64,000 nucleotides of DNA from Lama glama (lineage: Eukaryota): contig CM052818.1 in assembly GCA_028534125.1 (NCBI GenBank), forward strand, positions 25,236,001-25,300,000, read 5' to 3'. The position numbers were made by a program, and so were the translations under genes. Of the stretch, positions 12,331 to 23,839 are shown piece after piece. The first letter of the stretch is position 1; each line of letters opens with the position of its first letter. Under the pieces are notes generated by a model. That model ran no database searches. It was not told the DNA's origin and saw nothing but the letters and a program-made list of their open reading frames with translations.

Positions 12331-12374
12331 TGACCAATGATTCATACATTTGAATTCATCAAAATTTAAAACTT

Positions 12375-13310
12375 CAATTGACAAAACCCTCTGTAAACAA
12401 AGTAAAGATCATCTGCAGACTAGGAGAAAGCATTTGTAATATATATAACAAAAAGTATTCAAATTAGATTATATAAAGAGCTCCAACAAATACAGTCAAA
12501 AAACTCAGTTAAAAAAAAATGGGAGAAGAATTCATAGAGGAGGGAAGAGGGAATAGAGTTAGCCAATAAATGTTTTTTTAAAAAGACTCTCAAGCTTCCT
12601 AGCAATCAGAAGCGTGCAGATTAACAAGAAACACAGGAGAAAACATATTTCACTAATCAGTTTGATAACATTATGTGTCTGTGAGACTATAAGGAACCAG
12701 GACTCTAAACATTGCTGGCAGGTGTTATGTGAAATGGGCACTTTGAAAGGCAATTTGACAGTCAGTATCCACTAAATTGTAAAAGGTACAGACCCCATGT
12801 TCCATTGGTTTCACTTCTCATGGTCCCTAAAAAAACCATTCACACATTGTGTAATAAGGTATGTACAAGGGTGATCATTTCTACAATGTTGTTACGGTAA
12901 AAAAAAATTGAAAATAATCTGAATATCCAATAACAACTAAGGAATAGCTAAATAAAGTCATACTGTGCTGCAGTTAAAACAAATGAATCAATGTGCTCAT
13001 ATAAAATACTGTCCAAGACCCAGTGTTGAGACAAACAACAAGTTGATAAAAGTGAGTGTTTCTGTTCAAAAACACACAAAAACAATATTTCTGTGGGATC
13101 ATATATATAAATACATACAAAAAGGTCTGGAAGGATACGCAAATACATGAGTACATATAATTGCCTAGAGAAAAGTTTGAAAGGGTAGGTAGTAAACCAT
13201 TGGGGGTGGGGGGCAGGTTCTAGGAATAGGTGAACTGTAGAAGGACTGTAGGGAACTTCAGCTTTATCTGTAATGTTCTGTTTGACAAAAAAGAATGTAT
13301 TCATGTATTT
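12375..13310 (+). mobile_element. old L1 (L1M-type) 3' fragment
   Basis: Degenerate ORF2 3'-end/3'UTR motifs (gactaggagaaagcatttgtaat, tatataaagagctcc, ctttgaaaggcaatttgaca). Confidence 0.7.
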
Positions 13311-13391
13311 TATTCCAACACATGTGGTTGAAATACAGTATTGATATACCAAACAACAAGAAGTATAATCATGTATTTGTTCTTTTTCTAG

Positions 13392-13433
13392 AAGCCTATT
13401 AGTAATGGCCTACCCCCAACACCTAAAGTGCAT
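13392..13433 (+). CDS. MAP4K3: MAP4K3 exon (KPISNGLPPTPKVH)
   Basis: ctag|AAG...CAT|gtaagt; 42 nt. Confidence 0.95.
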
Positions 13434-14261
13434 GTAAGTACAAATATCAAATAGGTTAAGTTTTCAAACTAAATACAACAGCAGATAATTGCTTAAATGT
13501 GTTCCTTTGATTGGGTTTTTGGGGGTTTTTTAGGTTTTTTTTTTTTTCGCCTGATTGAAAGAACCATTATTATTGAAAAAAATCTGAATGATTGCTAATT
13601 TAAATATTAATTAATTATATCTGGAAAAAAGCTTTTCAAAAGGAAATTATGATAAATTACGTATTTTAAAGCTACTTTATTTGAAAATTTGTTAATATTT
13701 TCTTTGCCCATACTTTTGAAGCAGCGTAAAAAAGGCACGGGTATAATAGGAAGTACAAAATGTAGATATGACACATTTTTCTCTTACATGTTTTCAATCA
13801 TTAAAAGCATAGAATTTTAGAACTAGAGGAGCATCTAGCCCAAACTCTGTTTTGCCCATAAGTAAAACTGAGACCCAAAGATCTTAGTCACCAAGATCAC
13901 AAAACTTCACCCAGTTCTAACCAGACCGAGAACTGGAACTTAAATGTGTCCTATATTATAGTCCTTGTAGGTTTTTTTAGAAATAAATGCACACCATGAT
14001 GTCTTTTTTAGGATTAAAATTACATTAATGCACTGTAATTTTTGGTTAGTATGGATAGAGCAACATTTTTGCTGATCTAAATCTATAATCTTAAAACCTT
14101 ATGTAACATTAGCGTCCATAGTTTTTCTAGTTCTTTCAATTCTACTTTTTAATCTTCTTACCTTTTAACTCTACTTTTTAATTAGTATAAAGATCTAAAT
14201 TAATTATCTCTTATGTTACAAAATAAAAAGGTTTTTGGGTATAGAGGTCACCCCAGTCTAG

Positions 14262-14336
14262 CAGACACACACAGACACACACACACAGACACACAGACAC
14301 ACACGTGCGGGCACGCACACACACACACACACACAC
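14262..14336. repeat. compound (CA)n/(CAGA) microsatellite
   Basis: cagacacacacagacacac...cacacacac. Confidence 0.9.
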
Positions 14337-14707
14337 GGATGAGAGTTCCTATTGGGCTACAAAGTGAAACTCCTATATCAGGTATGTAGTTGACAGGGAG
14401 GAGCTGATAACTGTGGGCCAACTATAAATTTGATTTAACTTGGGACTGGTTTGATTGTTTTGTACCTCATTTTGTCATTCGGATTTTTAGGGGATTAGCA
14501 GTACCTTAACATAGCAACTTTGGTACCTGTCTTAAAGGATAATTGTAGGATTAATTAAATCATATAATTTCTGCCCTACACTGTAAAAACATTTTTTACT
14601 GGTATCCTACCACCTGATAGTATTGCCAGCCTGTTGTTCTTTTTTGGGGACTATGAAATCTTTTAAAATATTGGTTGGTAGATTTCTATGAATAAAAAAG
14701 AAATCTT

Positions 14708-14788
14708 GGGAGGGTGGGTGTATCTCAGCAGTAGAGCTCATTCTTAGCACAATCCCCAGTACCTCCGTTTAAAAAACAAATTTTTTTA
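14708..14788 (+). mobile_element. Vic-1-like tRNA-derived SINE, internally deleted
   Basis: gggagggt..tatctcagcagtagagc..caatccccagtacctcc; TSD aaaaaagaaatctt / aaaaaagaaaatctt. Confidence 0.75.
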
Positions 14789-15611
14789 AAAAAAGAAAAT
14801 CTTAAGATGCATTATTTTGATTATTTATGTTAATTTTTAAATCCATTATAGTCAACTATAATCACTCAAAGTATTATTCCCATAATTGTGAAGAAAACAT
14901 TCCTGCTCTAAAATGATGTATAGTGCTGTTCCTCTGACCAAATATTTCTGTATTTTTCTCTCAAGTTCTTGGTGGTAAAAGTGATTAAATAAGTAAGCTT
15001 TCTTGTTTTTATTTATTCCAACCAGAACAGTAATTAACATTTTACTCTTTGAAGATCAAAAAAAATGTTCAAATGAGTGACATATATTTCATTATAAGGT
15101 ATTTATTATCTGAAAGGTCTGTAAATGGGCTTGACAAATTAATATTAACATCAAAGAATAAAGCTTTTAATTGAATCCTTCCAGGGAAAATAATTAGATA
15201 GCTCAGTGTTTTTTAAAAATAGGTTTTTTTGAGATTGAAGTACATATATGAATTTCAAATCAGTCGTATTTCTTCCACTTTGTAATATTAAATTCAGTGA
15301 TTAATGCTATTTTTAGGCTTATGAAATAAGCAAATTTTACCTTTGTAGAGATTATGATTTCATTCTCACCAGAGACTATTGTGTTGCTCTTAATGTGGGA
15401 CATATAAGTAATATTTCTGTAAGCAAATTATTTTGCAGAATGTTACTATTACTGCTTTGTTTATTTCAGAAGATAGGAAGAATAAAACGACTCTCTGAAG
15501 TAAAACCTTGTATTATTTGACAGTTCTTGTGCCTGGAATCTCTGTGGTACCACTGTAAGACAAATGAGTAAGACTTTGTATATTTATTTAGTTATGTTTT
15601 TGTTTTTCCAG

Positions 15612-15696
15612 ATGGGTGCGTGTTTTTCAAAGGTTTTTAATGGATGTCCCTTGAAAATTCACTGTGCAACATCCTGGATAAACCCAGACACAAGAG
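15612..15696 (+). CDS. MAP4K3: MAP4K3 exon, start of CNH domain ([28 protein letters not shown])
   Basis: ccag|ATG...G|gtagta; 85 nt. Confidence 0.96.
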
Positions 15697-16132
15697 GTAG
15701 TACTATGCGTTTTCATCAGTTTTATTTACTTTCTACATATCTTCCTGAAAAAATTTTGTTACAATTTTTTAAAATATTTTAAGTTAATATGTTTCTCTGT
15801 GTTATTAGCAGTGTTTGAGGTGACACATGACATTAAAATTTCAGTGTACTGTCACCATACTGGTATGTTGAAACCATATACTCTGTGCCATGCATGTATG
15901 TAAGACATACATTTATTTCACAGGTAAAGAAAATGACACTCAAAGAGAACCATTGTGCACAGCCAGTCGGTAGTAGAGCTGCCGTTTGAACCCAGTTCCA
16001 TTCTGTCTGACCCTATAGCTTATGCCTTTAATCTGCCAGTCCTCATCCTAAATATTGGGCAGTACAGGCATGCTCTTGGCATTCTGAGTTGTTCTCAGCA
16101 TACTTCAGCTTAGTCTGGAGAAGTTCTTCACC

Positions 16133-16240
16133 TGTTGTTTTTTGTTTGTTTGTTTTTGTTTCAGGAGGGAAGGCAATTGGATATGTTTGTTTGTTTGTTT
16201 GTTTGTTTATGGAGTTACTGGGGATTAAACCCAGGACCAT
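16133..16240 (-). mobile_element. Vic-1-like SINE, 5'-truncated
   Basis: (TTTG)n tails and tggagttactggggattaaacccaggacc. Confidence 0.7.
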
Positions 16241-16821
16241 GTTTTATATTATCATAAAAACCAATCAAACAGGAGCATGGCCAAACTTCTAATATCTTTT
16301 AGAAGATATTGAGTACCCTAGTAGGTATTCAAGTGTTAATTAGCTTTTTAAATAGACAGTAGTCAGATCTTGTTTTTTTGTGTGTTATGCTTATAGTAAC
16401 AGTCCATCTGCAAAAATATTCTAAGTCTACATCAGCTATTCTTGATTTGTATTCTGTATGTCAGTTGCATGTGATCCTCTCCCAAAAGGAATTTAGAAAA
16501 GGAACTGCAGAGTCTCTACCAGTCCTTAGCACCCTGTGATGAGTGAGGGGCCCTAGCGTGCCATTCTTCAAAGCCTCTTTTACGTAAAAGTGTTCTTCAC
16601 TGCTTTGAGGCTGATATTTGCATATAACTCAATTCATTGAGCTAGTGTTTCTAAGCACTTATTTGCATTAAAATAAAAAATACTGCTTAGAGACCATATG
16701 TTAATGTATATATAACATGGTTATATATACACATGTTAATGTATATATACTTTAGATTATATAAATCCTTTTAAAAAATATTTTATATATCAAATTCAGT
16801 GGATTACTTTTGTTTTTTCAG

Positions 16822-16901
16822 ATCAGTACTTGATATTTGGTGCTGAAGAAGGGATTTATACTTTGAATCTCAATGAACTTCATGAAACATCAATGGAACA
16901 G
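16822..16901 (+). CDS. MAP4K3: MAP4K3 exon (DQYLIFGAEEGIYTLNLNELHETSMEQ)
   Basis: tcag|AT...CAG|gtatgt; 80 nt. Confidence 0.96.
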
Positions 16902-17019
16902 GTATGTTATTTTGTATTTTTCCTTTTGTTGAATTCTTAAGTTGTTATATGTAGACACTAAATGAGAAATAAATTTCGGCACTATGATTTGCTGCCTCTT
17001 TTATTCATAAAACCTTCCT

Positions 17020-17480
17020 AGAACATGTTCTGTTTACCAGATACTAAAGACACATGCAGAGGATTAGCCCTCACCTTTAGGGAGCTCATGCTGTAACAGA
17101 GGAAGCAGACATGTAAACCAGTAACTGCAACACACTTGGAGTTAGATGGCACACTCGGAGGGAGTACAAGATACAGGTCACAGAGGTGGCTATCACTAGC
17201 GCCTCCTGTGGAGAGATGAGGAGAGACATAAATGGTGATGGTTGACAGACAGACAGGGGATAAACATGAAGGCATGGAGTCATGAACAGCATGGCATGGA
17301 TGGGGAACCATGAATGGACACTTCGATTGGAGTATAGCATGAATGTAGAATAGTAACAATAAATGGAGCTGGGTGGGCAGGCAGGTGCCAAACCCCAGAG
17401 CTTTGTGAACCATGCTGATGATCAGATCTGTGTTTTAGAAATAACTCTTTGCATGGTGGTGAGAGAGGAGACTAGAGACT
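17020..17480 (-). mobile_element. L2 fragment
   Basis: Purine-rich L2-like motifs (ggagctcatgctgtaacagaggaagcagacatgtaaac; atcagatctgtgttttagaaa). Confidence 0.55.
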
Positions 17481-17649
17481 ATGGTTAAATAAGTGTCTAG
17501 TCAGGGCAGAAGTAGAGAAGGCAGAGAGGAAAAAATGGGGTTTGGAATTATATGGGGACATTTTTGTCACAGTGACTTAGGGGAAGCTTTTGGCATTTAG
17601 TGCCCAGGGGCCAGGAATGCTAAAGAACCTGTCTACAAAAATGATGATA

Positions 17650-17890
17650 ATGATGACATTAATAGCTAATACCTATAGAAAGCTTACTATGTGCCAGGTA
17701 CTGTTTTTAAATGCTATACATATATTAATTTACTCAGTCTTCACAGTGACTCTTAGAAGTAGGTACCATTGTTATTATCATTTCAGATGAGAAACCTAAA
17801 GCTCAGGAAGTAACTTTTCAAAGATCCCACAGCTGTCAAATAGATGAACTGGCTCCAGTGTCCCTGTCCTTAAATACTTCATCATACTGT
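17650..17890 (-). mobile_element. MIR SINE
   Basis: cttactatgtgccaggtactg...catttcagatgagaaacctaaagctcag core. Confidence 0.7.
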
Positions 17891-18839
17891 CTCTCCCACT
17901 TGCAATGCTTCTATAGAGAACCACTGGACTTAGAGAGGGATTAAAGAGCTAGAACTGGCCAAATTGAATGACCAGGTGAACATGAAGATTAAGGAGAAAT
18001 CCAGGTTGACTTCAGGTTTCTTGAGTGACTGAGTGAATGACAGGACCTCCAGGCAGAGTGTAATGTACAGGAGAAGTCAGTTTGAAGAGAATGATGATGC
18101 ATTCAGTTTGGTCATGTTGAGTTTTGGGTGCCTGTGGGATGTATAACTAATCCTCCATTCTCAGTATCAGTTGATTACAAACAAAATGGAGAGCAAAATC
18201 CGTAAGTAATGATAATTTCTTTGTAATGAAACATACCCATCGTTTGTCATCACATTTTTTAATTGGATTTTTTAACTGTTTGATACACATACTTTAAATC
18301 TTTTAATCTGGGAGAAAGTATAGTGTGAAGTGGCTGAAAAATACATTCGAAGTAGGGGAAAAAAGAAAAGAATCTTGTTATTTGTAATAATAAATAACTA
18401 ATTCAAAAATGGTTAGTATTTTTCTTGGATATAATAAGATACCTAAAAACCTCAGCACTGGTAAGAGTATTAATTGTGCACAACAAGACCAACATCATAG
18501 GGTAAGCATTTATCAACCTAGTTTAAGGGACTGTTGAGTGAAGGCACTCAACCCCACCCAGCGCCAGTCTGTAGTAACTCCCCTTCTTAGGTGCTTCAGC
18601 ATTTGAAATTACACAAGTGGGGTAATATTTTTTGAACTAAACATGCCCATCAAAGTGAAATATCTTCCCTCCCAGAGGAAACCTATAAGAGTAGAGAATG
18701 TGAGTATACGTGAGATCTTGAGATTCTTCATCTTACTGTGAAATTGATTATTATGCCATGAGTCTCCTAGATAGGGGAAGATGCTGAAAGGTGAGAACAT
18801 GACAGAGAAATGATGTAAAATTTATCTGCTTTTATTATT

Positions 18840-19030
18840 TATAGCTAACACTTATTGGGCACTCAGTGTGCACCAGTCTTCCCAGCACCTTACATGGAGC
18901 ATCGCGTTCACTCACCACAACAGCTCTGTAGGATAGGTGCTCCGTTTTACAGATAAGAACACTGAGGCACGGAGATTAAGCCAGTTACCCAGGGTCACAG
19001 TGTCTTTGAGAAAGCAGCCATCTGAATCTA
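18840..19030 (-). mobile_element. MIR SINE
   Basis: ccgttttacagataagaacactgaggcacggagattaagc core. Confidence 0.75.
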
Positions 19031-19973
19031 GGCAAAATGCAGAACCTGCTCTTCTTAATAGTATACCTTTAATAAACTGATTATTTCACCCAGAAATAAT
19101 TCACCTCTTTTGGTAAGGAAAGTAGACATTAAAAATCTAGAAAAGCTTTAGAATTTTACTGAACATGGTTAAAAATGAAAATCAGAAGTGAAATCCAACA
19201 CTTAATAAAACTTTGCATAAATACTTTTCCATGTTCCCTATGTTGATATTTATCAAAAGAATTTGTCTTAACCCTGGTACTTTATATGTGCTTGTGTTAA
19301 TAAACCCACTTATATTTACAAATATTTATTTTCATAATAAACTATAGGTTTGGTACTAGCAATACTTTTTAAGTATGTATTTTTCTGAAAATAAACTCAC
19401 ATTTCAATCCTGAATTAAATGAAAATCAGCTTCTTGCTACTTTGACAACATGTACTGTTATGTGTCTTGGAATAAGTTATTTCCCCTTCTTTTATCTGCT
19501 TATTTTCTCAATATAACCAATGTATTCTCAATTCTATTGTGAAATTTTTATGAAGAGTATAAAGCAGGAAATGTTTATATATGTACTTTCAGTCTGAGAC
19601 ACAGTTATAATAGGCAACTTTTCCAAAATTAAAATCCACATTGCAATGCCACATTTACTTGTTTGGAGAAATTACATGTTTTATGTAGGTACATTTTGCA
19701 AATAAATGAAACAACCAGATTTTATTTAAAATAGATTTTACTTTGTTTCTCCCCCTTTTATTATTACCTTCTTTTAATTATTCAGGGCCATCATTGTGAC
19801 TCTGCAGTTTAATAAAGTAATGTCCTTAGAGACCTCGATGCTTCATCCTTCGTCTCTTCCTTCTCCCCGTCACCTAACCCTCGTCCCCGTCTGTTTTGGA
19901 GTAACCTAGTAGGGATTGTCAGGGCAAACCCGTCAACCAAGCTTGTTAAATCAGAATGCTTAATTACGTTCAT

Positions 19974-20155
19974 CAGTGGTTCCCAAACCTCAGACTCTCC
20001 TGGAGGGCTGGCTAAAACATAGATCGCTGAGTCCATCCTCAGAACTCCTGCTTCAGTAAGTCTGAGACGAAGCCCAATAATTTGCGTTTCTAACTTCTAA
20101 TAAAGCCCAGGTGATGCTGATGTTGCGGGTGCAAGGACCACTTTCAGAACCACAG
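19974..20155 (+). mobile_element. MER5A-like hAT MITE
   Basis: cagtggttcccaaac...ccaggtgatgctgatg...ggaccactttcagaaccac. Confidence 0.75.
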
Positions 20156-20867
20156 AACCACTCCCAATGAAGTGTTAATGAGAGCAATTGTTTCTTCCTT
20201 CAAAGTATATTAACTGTGTTTCATGAAACCCTCTTTTCTTTGCCCTAAATACGACCGATCACTTTAAAGCTTCCAGAGAGGCGCCTCTCAATTCTTATGT
20301 GCTGGATTTTAGTAATGAATTCCACATGTATGTCCTAAATGATGTGTAAGTTTTCATCATATTCTCTCTCAGCCTTTTTTTCCTCCATACCTCGTGTTTC
20401 CATATCCTGTGTTTCACTACACCATGATCTTTTTTCTCTCTCCTCTGCTCTAAAAGCCATGCATGTCCCATATGCCTAGATAAGGACATTTTTTGGAAGA
20501 ACATAGGAAAGTCTTAATTATTTAAAACCCCAGACCCAAAATAAAGGAATAGACGTTTGAAAATGTCCTTCTCCCCATGTAGTTTGGAATTATGTAGTCC
20601 TTACCGTAAGGAGACTGGAGCTAATCATATCATGTTGAAACTTAGATAATGAAATTACACTGCTAATTTATTTTCCTTCCATATAAATGTGTATGTATGT
20701 ATATCATCTTGTATTAAGTACCTTACAAAATGAATTTCCATTAAAAATAAATTTCCTTTTTAAGAACTGGCCTATTGATATGACAGCACACATGGTTAGT
20801 ATGTGCGTGTTTACACCACTGTTATCTGGTACCCTTTGTAAACTCTGTGCTTTTTTTTTTTAACCAG

Positions 20868-20928
20868 CTATTCCCCCGAAGGTGTACGTGGTTGTATGTA
20901 ATGAACAATTGCTTGCTGTCTATATCTG
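20868..20928 (+). CDS. MAP4K3: MAP4K3 exon (LFPRRCTWLYVMNNCLLSIS-G)
   Basis: ccag|CTA...G|gtaagt; 61 nt. Confidence 0.96.
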
Positions 20929-21011
20929 GTAAGTTTTTCAGTTTTTAAATACCTTACAGTTGTTCCTGTTTATGTTACCAGTTTTTATGTCTTACTCATT
21001 TTTCTCTGCAG

Positions 21012-21129
21012 GTAAAGCCTCTCAGCTTTATTCCCATAATTTACCAGGGCTTTTTGATTATGCAAGACAAATGCAAAAGTTGCCTGTTGCTATTCCAGCA
21101 CACAAACTCCCTGACAGAATACTGCCAAG
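21012..21129 (+). CDS. MAP4K3: MAP4K3 exon (KASQLYSHNLPG...KLPDRILP-R)
   Basis: gcag|GT...AG|gtagct; 118 nt; preceded by an 83-nt intron. Confidence 0.96.
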
Positions 21130-22209
21130 GTAGCTGTACATTTAGTTGTATTTTCATCCGTGGAGATAATGTTAATTTGTTGTAGAAAATAGTTATACTA
21201 CAGAAATTGAAAAAGTGCTAAGCTTGGGGGTGTAGAAATCATGTAACGAAAAAACTGTAACAAGTAATAGATTTTCAGAAACATTTATCACATTCTTTTA
21301 AAATTTTCTACTTTATGCATTCCAATTACATCAGACATTTTCTTTCTAAAGTTTTAATTGTTTTTCTGCAAGGTTAAAACTAATTTTTTTCTGTAATTTT
21401 ATGGTAATTTTATATCACAAAGTGCTTTAGACTTATTGTGTCATTTTGAATAAAATAAGTTTTTCTGAAAGTATTTTCTAAACTTAGAAAATGTAAATGA
21501 CTTATTAAATGAAGATTTTTATTAGAAATAATTATTACTTAGAAATTGAAGTGTTTTGCTTTTCTACTTTCAAGGATTTTTAATTATGTTCTCTTCTTTT
21601 TGGTTATTATTATATTATATTGGACCTCTTTGTTGAGTAAAGTTCTCCTGACTGGTATAAATTGTATTTTACAAAAATTTTATAATATAACCCTTCCTCT
21701 TTTGCAATATTAGTTGCAGAGAGAGTAATGTAGAACCTTAGCTTTTAAGTAGCTTGAAAATCTGTTGTTAATTGCTGAGTTTAGAGTATAGCTAAGATTT
21801 ATATGCCCCTTTGTGCACAGAAAAAGATTAAGTTTTTGATGAAAATTATTTTAAAATATACTACAAGCTTTTTTGTCTTAAAATAAATTACACTGAGTTT
21901 AATTGGATCTTTTCATGATGACTTGATAGTGGATTATGAGCTTGATTTATTATACTTGTACTGTAGTCTCTGTAGTTGGAGTTAGGGGTATGGCTCCTAG
22001 TTTCTTCCCATGTTGTTTACGTGCCCCTCTTTCTCTCCCAGCTGCCACTCTGTGCTGTTGTTTTTCTGCCTACTTATAGCATGTCTCCATTTTCTCCAGT
22101 TTTCTGACTTTGATAATCCTAAAAATTCCTGTGAACTTAGAAACTGACCACCAAACTTTAAAAGTAAAGAGCCCCTAGAGAGTGTAACGCACATAAACTT
22201 TAATGCATT

Positions 22210-22680
22210 AACTTTTTTATGTCATTTTTTCAGAATAGAGGCCTATTCTTTTCCTAGTTTGTGGCTCATCTTTTTACTTTCTCAGTGGTATCCTTTGGTA
22301 AACCAAAGTTAATAACGTATTAAACAAATTCATTCAACGAATTGAATGCCACTCACAGTTTGAGGTGCTAGGGATTCATCAGTGAAAAAATATCAATTTA
22401 AGTGTATCAGTATTTTCCTGAATGATTTGTTTTTGCATTTTTAAAAGAAATCCCAAGGTTGTATTCTTCTAAAATCTGAATATTTTTAGTTTTGTTTTTC
22501 TTATTAAATCCTTAATCCATTTGGAATTGATTGGAGGGGGGATGAGAAAGTTACCCAATTTATTCTTATTTTTAACAGATGACCTATTATGTCAGTGCCA
22601 GTTTTTGAACAGTTCATCTTTTCTCCACTGATCTGTGACAGTACCATTATCATGTACTAACTTTGCCTACATGTATTATA
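22210..22680 (-). mobile_element. old L1 ORF2 fragment
   Basis: ttaatccatttggaattgatt...ttgaacagttcatcttttctccactgat is typical of antisense L1 ORF2. Confidence 0.6.
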
Positions 22681-22697
22681 TATTCATTTCCATTTAG

Positions 22698-22756
22698 GAA
22701 ATTTGCTGTATCAGCAAAAATCCCTGAAACCAAGTGGTGTCAGAAGTGTTGTGTTG
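22698..22756 (+). CDS. MAP4K3: MAP4K3 exon (KFAVSAKIPETKWCQKCCV)
   Basis: ttag|G...G|gtaagt; 59 nt. Confidence 0.96.
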
Positions 22757-23735
22757 GTAAGTAAACTGTCCGAAATCATGTAGCTCTCCTGCTTTGCAGA
22801 GTGTATCAGAAAACCAGTAAGACGCATTTTTAAACCTAGTGTAGAACAGTACTACTCCAGGACATTCTGCCAGTAATAGTTTATTTTCCCCCTTTAAGTA
22901 AAATAAATGTCTTGGCCATTCTATCTCCACGTAAACTAAACCTAATGTAGTACCTTGCACACACAGTTGTTTTGCAAAAATTCATTGACTGGGCAAATGG
23001 AGAGAGTAGGGTGACTTTACCACAGGACTTTATCACACCTTGTTCTCCAAGGAGCCTGTTACTTATCATTCACCATTATTCACTCAGCGTGTATTTTCAT
23101 ACTTTTAATATGTGAAACCTTACATTTGTGATGTGAAGGTTATAGTCTTCCTGTTCACACACCTCTAGCCTAAAGCATCCCCACCCCCATAACAACTAGC
23201 TGATTTATTTGCATCTAACAAAAACAAAAAATAGTTTCCTTTCCCCCCTTAAAAAACTCTGAGACAATTCAGTTTTATTATTTGTAAGCCTGTCCTTGAG
23301 ATTTGATTAGTGTCTTCATGTAGCTAGGCCCAAAATGTTACTGCCTCTGAACATTACTACCAAAAGCACCCTGAATCATACCCTTGAATGTGCTGCAGCT
23401 CTCCATTTGGCAACTTCTCCCCAGATCTACTCAGACCCTTCCTTCAGAGTCTTGCTGGTTCAGCTAATCTCCCTGCTACCATAAGACCTAAAGTCCTTCT
23501 TCTCGCCCCCAGGCCCCATAACAACCAGCAGTTTCACTTGTGCTTACAAATAAAACTCCTGCAAATGATAAGGGAATTTCCTACACTACCTGAAGTAGTG
23601 TTTCTTTTTTACTCTGCAGTCTAAGAAATTGAACTGGCAGCCAGATTTTGTTTGTTTGTTTTTGAAGGATGCAACTACTCCTGTAGGGACTTTGTATTTA
23701 TAAGAGAAGTTACATGTACTTTTTTGCCTTGACAG

Positions 23736-23839
23736 TGAGAAATCCTTACACGGGCCATAAATACCTATGTGGGGCACTTCAGACTAGCATTGTTCTTTTA
23801 GAATGGGTTGAACCAATGCAGAAATTTATGTTAATTAAG
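23736..23839 (+). CDS. MAP4K3: MAP4K3 exon ([34 protein letters not shown])
   Basis: acag|TG...AAG|gtaagc; 104 nt. Confidence 0.96.

Noticed and set aside
15524..15554. Cryptic exon (gacag|...ACT|gtaaga)
   Set aside because: 31 nt (frameshifting) and would leave only a 57-nt downstream intron.
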